This document shows, in pieces, positions 44,979-54,434 of a stretch of DNA of 63,185 nt (the first letter of the stretch is position 1; each line of letters begins with the position of its first letter). The notes beneath the pieces were generated by a model, which was not told where the DNA came from, made no database searches, and saw only the letters and a list, made by a program, of their open reading frames with translations. The position numbers were made by a program, and so were the translations under genes. Source of the DNA: a virus (lineage: Duplodnaviria; Caudoviricetes); the IMG/VR virus record IMGVR_UViG_3300013126_000002, positions 1 to 63,185 of that record; one strand, 5' to 3'.

Positions 44979-47894
44979 GTGGAAACGCTTGAATTTTTGC
45001 GGCGTGTCTGGCCGCAGGAGGGATATTATTGCATAGCTGTCCCACGAACCGGACTCATCAAGGGTGAGCAACGCTCTTGGTTTGACCACCATGTCTATGC
45101 AACTATCGAAGCCGCAGCGGCCAAGGCCTTGGAGTTGGATGCCCAAGGGGATGACGTGTACTACGCACTGTCGTCACTCAGTCAGCCAGAGTATTACGAG
45201 GAGACCAAGGCAGGCCGTAAGCGCAGGGTGCGTACAAAGCAGAACCTGCACCTGCTGGGCACTTTGTTCTTGGAAGTCGATGTCGGGGAAGGGAAGGACT
45301 ACGCAACTGCTGAGGAAGCGCTCGATGCAGTAAAGCAGTTCGCCTACCAGATCGGCTGGCCGCTTCCAGAAGTCGTGTCCAGCGGGTACGGCCTCCATCT
45401 GTATTGGCGACTTGATCAGCCAATCGCCGCACGTATGCAAGACACCATCGCCGATCTGCTGAAGGTAGCCGCTGATACGGTAGGATTCCATCTGGATCGT
45501 CAGGCTTTGGACTGTGCGCGGGTGTTTCGGGTGGTCGGTACGCACAATTATAAGCGTGGCGGCAAAAAACCGGTGGAAATGGTACGCCCATCTAGGACAC
45601 ACTCTCCAAAAGCCCTGTATACGGCCCTCAAATCGTTTTGCGGGGAGCATGTAGCTAACACCCTTAGCCGCGCTGCGATCTCCAGTCCTAGCGCGACTGT
45701 GCAAGCCGGTTTTGAGGACAACCTCAAAAAATCACACGCCCCGTTGAATTTCGATGGTTTGCTCCGGTGTAAGCAGATTCGGGAGACTGTCGAGGAGAAT
45801 GGCAACGTAGAATACGGTCAATGGTGGCACACGATTCAGGTTATCCGACTGTGTGACAACGGGCGGGAACGCGCTCATGAGATTTCGCAGCATGGGGAAA
45901 AATACAGCGCCGCCGATCTGGACAAGTACCTTGATAATTTTGAGGTCAACGACATCGGCCCTACCCTGTGTTCCACGTTTGCGGCAAAGAGCCCCGGCAA
46001 ATGTGACGGCTGCCCATTCCGAGGTGACATCACATCTCCGGCGAAGCTGGGCAGGGTAGCGGTAGAAGCTGCCCCTCCCGTAGTCAAGTTCAACGGCAAG
46101 GAACATGTGATCCCCGTAGCGGCAGAACACATTGAGATTCCCAACCCGCCGTTCCCGTATGTACGTCGTGAAGGTGGTGGCATTGTCATCAGATCGTCCA
46201 GACAGGATGGCGATGGTGAGGTGGTGCAGGAGGAGGAAGTAATCTTCGACTACGACATCTTTCCGGTCAAGCGTATGCACCATACAGGTCAGCAGGTAGA
46301 GACGACCCTGTGGCATATCGAGATTCCAACGGACGGCAAGAAGGAAGTGGAGATCGCGGCTGCCGATCTATACGACAAGCGGGCGTTTTCCAAGGCCATT
46401 ACGGCTAAGGGGGTTTATCCATCTACGGGTGGTATTGAGGCATTGAGGTCATTTATGGTTGCTTACATCAGGTTGCTGCAACAGCGTGCCAAGGCGGAGC
46501 GGAAGTACCACACCCTTGGCTGGCAGGAGGACGGCTCGTTCGTGCTGGGGGATCGCGTGTACGCCAAGGACAGCATCCAGCACTGCGACATAGTAGACAC
46601 ACCCCCCATCGACCAGATCAAGACCAAGGGGCGGATCGAGGCATGGTGCGACGTGCTTGACCTGTACAACCACGATGCGTTTGTGGCACACCAGTTTGCG
46701 TTCTTTGCTGGGGCGGGGTCTATATTCACCCCCCTGTCGAACTACGAAGGTGCGTCCATTTGGTTGCACGGGCACTCCGGCGCATCCAAGACTTCTATCC
46801 AGTACCTGATCAATTCTGTGTATGGTACGCCCAAGGGCATGATCCTGAGCGGTGATCCGGCCATGTCCACCTACAACGCCAAGATCACCCATATCGCCAC
46901 TTTGAAGAACCTGCCTACCACGCTGGACGAGGCTACCCGTATGTCACGGGAGGAACTGGAGACGTTCAGCTATACCTTCACCCAAGGGCAGAACAAGGCT
47001 CGTCTGAACCCTGACGGCACGATGAAGCAAGACCCGCGCAAATGGAAGGCCATCTGCGTACTGTCGGCGAACGAGGGCGCTTACGACAAGCTGGCTAGTA
47101 GCCAAGGCAATAGTAACGCCAAGGCGCTACGTATCATGGAGCTGTACGTTCCCGTGACCCACGTTTATACCAAGCATGACTTCGATGAACGGTATCAGGC
47201 GCTGTGGGAAAACTACGGACTGGCAGGCCACCTGATCGTGAACTGGGCGGTCAACCACTACGAAGAATTGCAAGCCATGACGCAGGCGTTCAAGGTGCAG
47301 TTTGAGCGTGACGCCGCCATATCGGCAGAGGAGCGGTATTGGTCGCTGCTGGCAGTAGCAGCCATGACAGCCTTCACCATCATGAAACAGCTTGGCCTGC
47401 ATGGTATGCGTATGGAGCCGATGTACGACTACATCGTATCGCGTGCCGGAGTTAACCGTAGTACGGTGCAGACCAACCAGTTTACGGCGAAGGATATGCT
47501 GTCCGAATACATCAACGCGCACACCACGCAGATGCTGGTCACACAGGAGCCGCTGGAGGGCTTCGCAGGCCAAGGGCCGATTGTCAGCGTCATGCCTCGC
47601 GGCGAGTTGCAGATGCGGATGGACATGACTACCCAACGGCTTTATATGGCGAAGGCTCCGTTCCGCGACTGGTGTACAAAACGTGGCATGTCGGCTACCA
47701 ACGCCATCACGGAACTGTTCACTGCGGGGGTCATCACAGACCGCAACACCCGCCGTGCGCTGGGACAGGGTACGCAGTTCGCTACTGGTGCTGTGGCTTG
47801 CGTGGAAGTAGACATGACGAAGCTGGTGGAAGGTGCGGTGTCCATCACCAAACTGGTGGAGGAGGCCAAGCATGACAGTCTTCCGGCGCATTAA
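44979..47894 (+). CDS. Primase-helicase (AEP/RepB-like N-terminus, DUF927 plus P-loop)
   Basis: EVD, SGYGLHLYW, RVFRVVGTHNYK, C..F..C.GCP, LGW, GHSGASKT, LDE. Confidence 0.85.
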   Translation: METLEFLRRVWPQEGYYCIAVPRTGLIKGEQRSWFDHHVYATIEAAAAKALELDAQGDDVYYALSSLSQPEYYEETKAGRKRRVRTKQNLHLLGTLFLEVDVGEGKDYATAEEALDAVKQFAYQIGWPLPEVVSSGYGLHLYWRLDQPIAARMQDTIADLLKVAADTVGFHLDRQALDCARVFRVVGTHNYKRGGKKPVEMVRPSRTHSPKALYTALKSFCGEHVANTLSRAAISSPSATVQAGFEDNLKKSHAPLNFDGLLRCKQIRETVEENGNVEYGQWWHTIQVIRLCDNGRERAHEISQHGEKYSAADLDKYLDNFEVNDIGPTLCSTFAAKSPGKCDGCPFRGDITSPAKLGRVAVEAAPPVVKFNGKEHVIPVAAEHIEIPNPPFPYVRREGGGIVIRSSRQDGDGEVVQEEEVIFDYDIFPVKRMHHTGQQVETTLWHIEIPTDGKKEVEIAAADLYDKRAFSKAITAKGVYPSTGGIEALRSFMVAYIRLLQQRAKAERKYHTLGWQEDGSFVLGDRVYAKDSIQHCDIVDTPPIDQIKTKGRIEAWCDVLDLYNHDAFVAHQFAFFAGAGSIFTPLSNYEGASIWLHGHSGASKTSIQYLINSVYGTPKGMILSGDPAMSTYNAKITHIATLKNLPTTLDEATRMSREELETFSYTFTQGQNKARLNPDGTMKQDPRKWKAICVLSANEGAYDKLASSQGNSNAKALRIMELYVPVTHVYTKHDFDERYQALWENYGLAGHLIVNWAVNHYEELQAMTQAFKVQFERDAAISAEERYWSLLAVAAMTAFTIMKQLGLHGMRMEPMYDYIVSRAGVNRSTVQTNQFTAKDMLSEYINAHTTQMLVTQEPLEGFAGQGPIVSVMPRGELQMRMDMTTQRLYMAKAPFRDWCTKRGMSATNAITELFTAGVITDRNTRRALGQGTQFATGAVACVEVDMTKLVEGAVSITKLVEEAKHDSLPAH

Positions 47895-48093
47895 TTTCGG
47901 CCCCAGAAAGTGTAGTAGGTGCGGCGAGCGTGCCTACGATGGGGAGTTTCTGGTTTTTAACGGCGGGCTCAATCGTAGATGGGTCTGCCACACATGTGGA
48001 GGCAAAAATGCTGGCGAAAATGGAAGTAGAACTTCTGGATGTTATGGGTTCGGACTTGACGGTAGTAAATGCGGCGCGGGTTTCGATGGCTAA
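47872..48093 (+). CDS. Small Zn-ribbon protein
   Basis: GGAGG RBS; CSRC...RRWVCHTC. Confidence 0.55.
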   Translation: MTVFRRINFGPRKCSRCGERAYDGEFLVFNGGLNRRWVCHTCGGKNAGENGSRTSGCYGFGLDGSKCGAGFDG

Positions 48094-48742
48094 GGAATCC
48101 GAGTGGGATGAGTATGCCGTAGTCGAGTGCGCGGACTGCTTCGGGGCTGGGTGCCAGCACTGCGGCGGTGATGGCGAGGTGATCATTCGGGAACTGAAGG
48201 CTGGAGACAGGAAGCTGATCAGCTACTTGGCTGAGCATAAACACTGGAGCCCGTTTGCCCACCCGCAACTGTCCTTCCGTATCAAAGCCCCTATTGCTAT
48301 TGCCAGACAGCTCGGCAAGCATCAGGTAGGCCTGACGTGGAATGAGATTAGCCGCAGATACGTGGATAGCCCCCCTGAGTACTACCTGCCGGATATATTC
48401 CGGAAGCGGGCGGACAACGTGAAACAGGGTAGCTCGCCTGAGCCTGTCGAACACAACGAAGACCTGAAGCATGAGTTTGCCAACTTCCTGAACATCGTGA
48501 ATGGCTATTACTTGCAGATGATCGAGGACGGGGTATGCCCAGAGCAGGCCAGATTCATCCTGCCTCAAAACATGATGACCGAGTGGATATGGACGGGATC
48601 GTTGTACGCGTTTGCTAGGGTAGTTGCCCTGCGGTTGGATAATCACGCGCAGGCGGAGTGCAGGGAGATTGCAGGTGTGCTGGCAGAGGAATGCGCCAGA
48701 CACTTCCCTGTATCGTGGGTAGCCATCCAGTCTAACGCCTAA
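48008..48742 (+). CDS. thyX: Flavin-dependent thymidylate synthase
   Basis: MGSDLTVVNAARVS, HWSPFAH, RQLGKH, WNEISRRY, PEQARFILPQ, R...HAQ.E. Confidence 0.93.
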   Translation: MLAKMEVELLDVMGSDLTVVNAARVSMAKESEWDEYAVVECADCFGAGCQHCGGDGEVIIRELKAGDRKLISYLAEHKHWSPFAHPQLSFRIKAPIAIARQLGKHQVGLTWNEISRRYVDSPPEYYLPDIFRKRADNVKQGSSPEPVEHNEDLKHEFANFLNIVNGYYLQMIEDGVCPEQARFILPQNMMTEWIWTGSLYAFARVVALRLDNHAQAECREIAGVLAEECARHFPVSWVAIQSNA

Positions 48743-48743
48743 C

Positions 48744-48768
48744 AAAAACCCGGCTTTCGCCGGGTTTT
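48744..48768. terminator. Bidirectional terminator between the convergent arms
   Basis: AAAAACCCGGC-TTTC-GCCGGGTTTT. Confidence 0.9.
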
Positions 48769-48807
48769 CTACTTCTTCTTACCGCCACCCTTCTTCTTAC
48801 AAGCCAC
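48769..48807 (-). CDS. 12-aa basic micro-peptide MACKKKGGGKKK
   Basis: GTG start 8 nt after GGAGG (AAAGGAGGGTGA); stop abuts the terminator. Confidence 0.5.
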   Translation of the reverse strand: MACKKKGGGKKK

Positions 48808-48970
48808 GGGATCACCCTCCTTTCTGCTGACATTTACGACAAGTCGCCCCTTCGCAGGGACAGTAAGGTTTCCCACATTTCGGGCAGGTAGGTGCGCTCA
48901 TGCCAACCACCAATAGATCATCCACCAAGCAGTGAACGCCCAGCCAATCCCATTCCATGTGGCTTTAGTG

Positions 48971-49351
48971 CTAATTTCCGCGCAGATTAGTCCAACCATA
49001 GCGTTGTAACCCCTCAAGCATAGCCGGTCCGACCGGATCACCATTTGCCAGTGCGCCAGCACCATACCCAAGCGCACCACCCACACTCGGCGCAACAGCG
49101 AGTCCAGCCGCGCCAAGCCCCATACCCAACCGCGCAGCCTTGGCTGCCTGTGCAGCACGCCATTGACCAGCCGCCTGACCGGCAGGAGATGCTACAGGCT
49201 TAGGGGCAGCAGTCGCTGCGGGTGTGTGGCTCTGGAAGCCAGCGCGTTCCAGTTCGGCAATAGCCGGGTTCTTAACGGGGTCCATCAGGCGGTGCGTGGC
49301 ACCCTGATTTTGCAGCACATCAATACCTTGCGGGGGGATCATTCCGGCCAT
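48971..49351 (-). CDS. Hypothetical Ala/Gly-rich protein
   Basis: AAGGAG RBS; 126 aa. Confidence 0.65.
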   Translation of the reverse strand: MAGMIPPQGIDVLQNQGATHRLMDPVKNPAIAELERAGFQSHTPAATAAPKPVASPAGQAAGQWRAAQAAKAARLGMGLGAAGLAVAPSVGGALGYGAGALANGDPVGPAMLEGLQRYGWTNLRGN

Positions 49352-49352
49352 G

Positions 49353-49640
49353 TTACTTCTCCTTTTGGTTCACCGCATCTACCAGCCCATTGTGGCGGGT
49401 AGCGCATAGATTATACTCAGAAGCCCAGCGCAGCAGAGTAGAAACAAGCATAGTGCCAGTAGTTCCTTCATGCTCACTTAGCGGGTCGCACTTCGTCAGC
49501 AGGTTTTGCTGGATCGGCGGCACCACCTCTGGCTGCTTTGTTAATAAGCTGCACCCCGGAAGCATCAAGGCAATGCTGAGAATAAACGGGACGGTCAATA
49601 ATCTTGAGCTTTTCACGTTCGATTGTACGTTCATTTGCAC
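49353..49640 (-). CDS. o-spanin (Rz1-like lipoprotein)
   Basis: Lipobox LPGC; NLLTKC and Y..CATRH; overlaps the i-spanin. Confidence 0.75.
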   Translation of the reverse strand: MQMNVQSNVKSSRLLTVPFILSIALMLPGCSLLTKQPEVVPPIQQNLLTKCDPLSEHEGTTGTMLVSTLLRWASEYNLCATRHNGLVDAVNQKEK

Positions 49641-49839
49641 GCAACTCCTTCAGTCGTTCCTCGACTACCGCTGCTACGCGGCCTTCTTCCGCCCGCACGG
49701 CGTTAATCATTTCAACCCGTGCTTCCTGCGCTGCCAGCTCGGCCTCTGCTACAAACGCGCCTTTGGTACGCCAGCCGAGGCTGAAACACACGACAGCGAA
49801 TGCGATGACGGCCAATAGCCTGATAACCAGCGGGTTCAT
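49474..49839 (-). CDS. i-spanin (Rz-like)
   Basis: N-terminal TM segment, coiled coil, RPVY..C.D..G. Confidence 0.8.
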   Translation of the reverse strand: MNPLVIRLLAVIAFAVVCFSLGWRTKGAFVAEAELAAQEARVEMINAVRAEEGRVAAVVEERLKELRANERTIEREKLKIIDRPVYSQHCLDASGVQLINKAARGGAADPAKPADEVRPAK

Positions 49840-50042
49840 TGTTCGTCCTTCTTCGGAGCCTTGTACTCTACGATGCGCTTGCTGACTTCGTAGCCACCTA
49901 CTGACACCAAGAATACACCAAGCAGTTCCGCACCGATAGTGTCGGCCTGACGCCAGACGACGTAGGTTGCCAGAGCGAATGCAATGTTGGTCCACACCTT
50001 CGACATGCTTGGCCGTCCACGGCTATAGAATAGAAACTTCAT
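49836..50042 (-). CDS. Putative holin
   Basis: 68 aa, two TM segments, GRPS.SK.W, charged tail. Confidence 0.65.
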   Translation of the reverse strand: MKFLFYSRGRPSMSKVWTNIAFALATYVVWRQADTIGAELLGVFLVSVGGYEVSKRIVEYKAPKKDEQ

Positions 50043-50058
50043 AGAGAACCCCCTTCGG

Positions 50059-50172
50059 TTAGTCCCGTTCATCTTCATCCTGCCACGGCTCAACATCGTC
50101 TGAAATAATCACCAGACCCCAGATGATAAACATGACGCACACACATGCGCCTATAAGCAACCAGTCGTTCAT
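50059..50172 (-). CDS. 37-aa single-TM peptide (not in ORF track)
   Basis: GGAGG RBS; ATGA overlap with endolysin; hydrophobic segment followed by an acidic tail. Confidence 0.5.
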   Translation of the reverse strand: MNDWLLIGACVCVMFIIWGLVIISDDVEPWQDEDERD

Positions 50173-50579
50173 GGTAAAAAGAACCTCCGTCCAGAGCCGG
50201 GTTTGCGGCTTGACCAGTGCGACCAGCGCGGCGTAGCCGACTTGTGTTCAAACCACAGCCCGCTGCTGTTCAACATTGCGTAATTACGATACAGCCACTC
50301 GTCGATCTTGTTGTCAGGGTCGTAGATGTCCACAGCCATGCCTTGCTTGTGGGCGCTGTTTGGTGCGCCAATGGGGCAGTTCTGCGGGCGGAAGCCGCCA
50401 AGGGTTTCACCACCTACGATAGAGCCGGTGATCGGGTTGATCTTAAACTCTACGCCGTCAGCTACCATCACTTCGATCAGCGCGTTACATGTAGCGACAA
50501 GCTGCTCGATGTTGTTCTCTTGGGCAGGCGTGACATGCCCTGCCCACTTACCGATGACCTGTTCTTTAGTCAGGAACAT
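50169..50579 (-). CDS. Endolysin, peptidase M15-like
   Basis: GFR..GA.NSAHK.G.AVD and WSH Zn-ligand motifs. Confidence 0.8.
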   Translation of the reverse strand: MFLTKEQVIGKWAGHVTPAQENNIEQLVATCNALIEVMVADGVEFKINPITGSIVGGETLGGFRPQNCPIGAPNSAHKQGMAVDIYDPDNKIDEWLYRNYAMLNSSGLWFEHKSATPRWSHWSSRKPGSGRRFFLP

Positions 50580-50583
50580 GTTT

Positions 50584-50790
50584 CTACAACGACGGTACGT
50601 ATACCGCGCGAGTTGCTTGGGAGCCGGTGAATTCGCCAGCGTTGTTTTCCCAGTTTGTGTCGGACGCCTCAAGAATGACAATGGCTGCGTCTGCTTTGAC
50701 TTGGCTGGAACATGCGATTACGTCGGTGACGACACTGATAGGGTCGCCGAGCTTGTTGTGCAACGTGGTAGTTACGTAGAGCTTGCCCAT
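50584..50790 (-). CDS. Hypothetical protein
   Basis: GGAG RBS. Confidence 0.55.
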   Translation of the reverse strand: MGKLYVTTTLHNKLGDPISVVTDVIACSSQVKADAAIVILEASDTNWENNAGEFTGSQATRAVYVPSL

Positions 50791-50791
50791 G

Positions 50792-50968
50792 TCATTTCTC
50801 CAGATGTTGAAGTGCTGTGGCTATGCTGCTGTCTTCCCAATCATTGATACGCGGTTCTTCGTCGGGGTCGGGGCGATCACACTTACAGATTTCACCGTTT
50901 TCCGGCATGTATGCTGTCTTGCACAGGGGGCATTTCACAATCTTGCTCAAGACAGATTCGCGTGTCAT
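50792..50968 (-). CDS. Small Zn-binding hypothetical protein
   Basis: CPLC...CKC; ATGA coupling. Confidence 0.45.
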   Translation of the reverse strand: MTRESVLSKIVKCPLCKTAYMPENGEICKCDRPDPDEEPRINDWEDSSIATALQHLEK

Positions 50969-51288
50969 TTCCCTGCTCCGGCGATCCATGCTGCCAGCTT
51001 CACCTGAACCCCGACTATGATTAAGCCGAGGATTAGAACCATCGAGAACCAGATGCCTTTGCGGATGGCTTCTTCACGGATACCTTGCCAGAACTTGGCC
51101 TCGGACTCGGCAGCCTTGATCTTGGCTTCGTGATACCGGCGATGGCCGGACACATCCACCTCGCCATCTACAATAGGGAACGCAGTGTTCAGGTGGCTCA
51201 CCTGCTTGATGATGGTGTCAAGCTGCTGCTCGATGTGGCTGAACTGTCTTCGTTCTGGGCCTGAGTAGTCAGGGTTTTCCATCGACAT
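50965..51288 (-). CDS. Membrane protein (holin/antiholin-like)
   Basis: YSGPERR N-terminus, GHRRYHE, C-terminal TM segment. Confidence 0.6.
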   Translation of the reverse strand: MSMENPDYSGPERRQFSHIEQQLDTIIKQVSHLNTAFPIVDGEVDVSGHRRYHEAKIKAAESEAKFWQGIREEAIRKGIWFSMVLILGLIIVGVQVKLAAWIAGAGK

Positions 51289-51343
51289 GTTGCGTCCTTT
51301 CGGTTCTTGATTTTATTGGATTGTACCAAAATCAACAGCAAAA

Positions 51344-52225
51344 CTATGCTACTTTTGTACAGTACAACTCAGAACCGGATCGTAATGACACCGCGCTTCC
51401 TGATGTAGTACTACTTTTGGCACGAAGTTGGAAATCACCTGCGGTGCTACTGGTTATAATCCGCGCTCTGTACCAGATTCCATAATCAGTGTTGTATGTA
51501 GCTGCCGCCGTACAAAAATGCGCAGTTTCTGTAGCCAACTCAAAAACGGTAGTGCTACCTCCAGTCCCGTTATAGTGAACTATCTGCTCAGACTTATACG
51601 TAGCCCCGCTCGGCAAAGTACAAGATACAGCAATCTGATATCCTCCAGATATGTTATCCTGCCACGTCAAAAACCCCTCAATCAGATACGTAGAATTTGC
51701 ATCTAGCGCGATGGTGGGCATATTGGTGACGGACATGAACGAAGTCGTGTTAATCGTCTGTCCTGCGGACATAGACACTCGCGTAGTGCCACCGCCACTT
51801 CCACCGCCTGTTGCCTCTACCACGATGTACACGTTCAGATCAGCAGCACCTACACCAGCGCTGGTCACGTCGATGGTCAGGTAGTCGCTGGGTGTGAGTG
51901 CACTGGTAATACTGACAAGGCTGGACAGGTGGCTGCTGGCTGCGATGGTCGGGTACGTGCCGCTGAAGATGCTGGTGCCGTTCTTCTTCACGTCGATGAC
52001 CACAGAACCGCTAGAGCTTGTCGTGCCCAGCGAGATGTACACGCCCGTGATGTTAGTGCTGGTCGGGTGGTAATAGCGATACGTGCCGGTAGACGTAGTG
52101 ACGGGGCCAGCGAAGCTGGACATGATCGGGTCTGACCCACCGTTGTAAGTGACAGGGATGGAGTCGCCAGACGGTAACTGCTGCACCTGCCCGCCGATGA
52201 TTACCAGTGGTTTCTGAACGGCCAT
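51344..52225 (-). CDS. Putative tail fibre/receptor-binding protein
   Basis: MAVQKPLVI N-terminus; DVKKNGTSIF module; Gly linker. Confidence 0.6.
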   Translation of the reverse strand: MAVQKPLVIIGGQVQQLPSGDSIPVTYNGGSDPIMSSFAGPVTTSTGTYRYYHPTSTNITGVYISLGTTSSSGSVVIDVKKNGTSIFSGTYPTIAASSHLSSLVSITSALTPSDYLTIDVTSAGVGAADLNVYIVVEATGGGSGGGTTRVSMSAGQTINTTSFMSVTNMPTIALDANSTYLIEGFLTWQDNISGGYQIAVSCTLPSGATYKSEQIVHYNGTGGSTTVFELATETAHFCTAAATYNTDYGIWYRARIITSSTAGDFQLRAKSSTTSGSAVSLRSGSELYCTKVA

Positions 52226-52623
52226 TAGCCCCACCTCTGCGTCATGACTACGACTGTCGTACCGCCGCCGCTTTCGATAAGCTCAACCAGTCCCTGCTGC
52301 GGATCGTAGTAATAGTCACGGTCAGCGTAGTTGATGTCTTCGATCACAGGTACTTCGGTGTATGTAGCTACGTTTTGTCCTGACAACTCTACGGCACGAA
52401 TACCGGGGACTACGTGGGTAGAACGGTATCTGAAGTTGCCGTCCTCGTAGACCGTAGCCCCGAACAACTGGTGCGTGCCTTCGTATGCCTGTACCGTGAC
52501 CCGCAAAGCCTCACACCAGTTGGATTCTTCATACGTAACGAGCACGTCGAACCACTGCGGGAACGTACGGAACGCCGTACTTCCCACGCTAACAGTGAAC
52601 AGGTTTTGCGGTAGATACCTCAT
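52225..52623 (-). CDS. Hypothetical tail-region protein
   Basis: 132 aa with coupled start/stop. Confidence 0.6.
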   Translation of the reverse strand: MRYLPQNLFTVSVGSTAFRTFPQWFDVLVTYEESNWCEALRVTVQAYEGTHQLFGATVYEDGNFRYRSTHVVPGIRAVELSGQNVATYTEVPVIEDINYADRDYYYDPQQGLVELIESGGGTTVVVMTQRWG

Positions 52624-54263
52624 ACCGCGATATTTGCTACCGCCCTGACCTGTCCAGCAGCCGTGATCTTGATGTTGGTACTGGTCTCACCACCGCTGCT
52701 GGTCGTGATGGTCTTAGTCGTAGTGTCGTCCGAGAACGTACAGTTGGGCGAGTCGAACACCACCTGAACATCAGTAGCAATGCGCGAACCAGACGCATTG
52801 TACGCCGACAGGTTGAACGATGAATTGATGACCGTCCCGCTGTAGTTATAACTGCTGGATGCGAACGTCAGAGTGATCGTGGTAGCTACAGTCGGACTAT
52901 ACAAGCGAATCCCTGCCCCTATACCTCCTGCATCCATCACCCAAATCCGCCCCTCCATATCAACGCCGAAGGCTCCAGTGGTACTCGCCGTAGATACAGA
53001 CGAACTTGCGATATTATAGGGGATTGTCACTCCCTCGGAGTATCCATTAGTGTCGTCGAAAGTGTATAGCGTCGCTCCGCTAAACGTCATAACAGCGAGG
53101 GTTGTCCAGTCATCTTTGATCGGGAATACATTACGTATATGCCCGTGGGCTGTGCCTATGGCAATAGTTTCTTTGTAAACCAATGTAGTGGGGGTGCCTA
53201 CCGTAATCTTAAATCCGTACATCTTCAGATTAGAAGTGGTTTCGGTGGTGGTGCTTCCTGTCTCATATAAAGCAAAGTACACGTAGTCGTCAGTGGTAGT
53301 ATGTACGATCCACGTTCTCAAAGTGTGAGCAAAACTTGATTTTGCTGCTGCCGAAAATACAGCATCTGAATCCAACCCCCAGTCTATGGTGCAATTACCA
53401 ATAGATTGCGTTAGTCCACTCTCGCTGTATTGCTGGTATTTAACCGTATAGTAAGGAGCTGTTCCATTAGCCGTGGCAATGTATGAATACTTGCTATCAG
53501 AGGTATGTGCGTAACTGTGACTCGGAAACAGTTTCGGGAAAGTCGAGCTTATCCCGGTAGACGCATTTATAACCGTGGTCGTAAGCCCAGATTTAGCCAC
53601 CGCTAGAATACCAATCCTAGAGGCGTCCCCGCTAACTAGCCTACCAACCCCAATAAACCAGTATGTTGCATTCTCTGAAAGTAGCGTCGAGCGATACACA
53701 TATCCAGTACTATCAGAATAAATAGACGTACCGGCCCCCGGAGTGGCGGGCCATTTCCACATTGAATTTGCCACGGGTACGTTAGTACTACCCGAGTTCA
53801 TTAACCCTAACATGAATGATTGGCTAGCATCCCAACCCACGGGAACAAAACCAAAGAATACTGAGGTACCAAGATTGTATCTCGCTGTGTATCTACCAGT
53901 AAGATCAGTCTGTATATAGTAGGTGTTGTTATTACTGGTATTCCACCCATCGGGAGCGCCAGACATAAAATACTTGCTTGTTGAAGACTCTATAAACGAA
54001 TGGTTAGCCACAAGACCACCGGGGTCAGCTAGCGTTGAATCATACCAAGACTGAAAATCGGCAGCCGTGTTAATGGGGAGGCAGCAGAATCTGGCGGGTC
54101 GTAAAGCTGCGTGCGCGTAGGCTTGCGACGCTCCACAGGTAACCCCGAAAACTGGGGTTAGCGTATCTTTTGTGTATGCCTGCGTTCCGAGGTAGATATA
54201 CGAATCGTCCTCGACCATGTTAATGATCCCCAACGGAGCATTTTGCGTGGTAATCAGTGCCAT
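52620..54263 (-). CDS. Putative tail/receptor-binding protein
   Basis: 547 aa, S/T-rich, with an AT-richer interior. Confidence 0.55.
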   Translation of the reverse strand: MALITTQNAPLGIINMVEDDSYIYLGTQAYTKDTLTPVFGVTCGASQAYAHAALRPARFCCLPINTAADFQSWYDSTLADPGGLVANHSFIESSTSKYFMSGAPDGWNTSNNNTYYIQTDLTGRYTARYNLGTSVFFGFVPVGWDASQSFMLGLMNSGSTNVPVANSMWKWPATPGAGTSIYSDSTGYVYRSTLLSENATYWFIGVGRLVSGDASRIGILAVAKSGLTTTVINASTGISSTFPKLFPSHSYAHTSDSKYSYIATANGTAPYYTVKYQQYSESGLTQSIGNCTIDWGLDSDAVFSAAAKSSFAHTLRTWIVHTTTDDYVYFALYETGSTTTETTSNLKMYGFKITVGTPTTLVYKETIAIGTAHGHIRNVFPIKDDWTTLAVMTFSGATLYTFDDTNGYSEGVTIPYNIASSSVSTASTTGAFGVDMEGRIWVMDAGGIGAGIRLYSPTVATTITLTFASSSYNYSGTVINSSFNLSAYNASGSRIATDVQVVFDSPNCTFSDDTTTKTITTSSGGETSTNIKITAAGQVRAVANIAV

Positions 54264-54264
54264 A

Positions 54265-54432
54265 TCAAGCCTCTACTTTTTCCCAAGTGATTGGGGTGTC
54301 ATTCACCAGCCGCCAATAGGTATTATCTCTGTGCTGAAAACAGAGATTGCCGACTTCTTCCGGCAGCACACAGGTAATGCGCGCACGCTCGTTTTCAGTC
54401 GGCAACTCCCAAGATACAAATCCTTCAGGCAT
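54265..54432 (-). CDS. 55-aa tail-associated protein (not in ORF track)
   Basis: MPEGFVSWELPTENERARITCVLPEEVGNLCFQHRDNTYWRLVNDTPITWEKVEA; fills the intergenic gap. Confidence 0.6.
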   Translation of the reverse strand: MPEGFVSWELPTENERARITCVLPEEVGNLCFQHRDNTYWRLVNDTPITWEKVEA

Positions 54433-54434
54433 GA

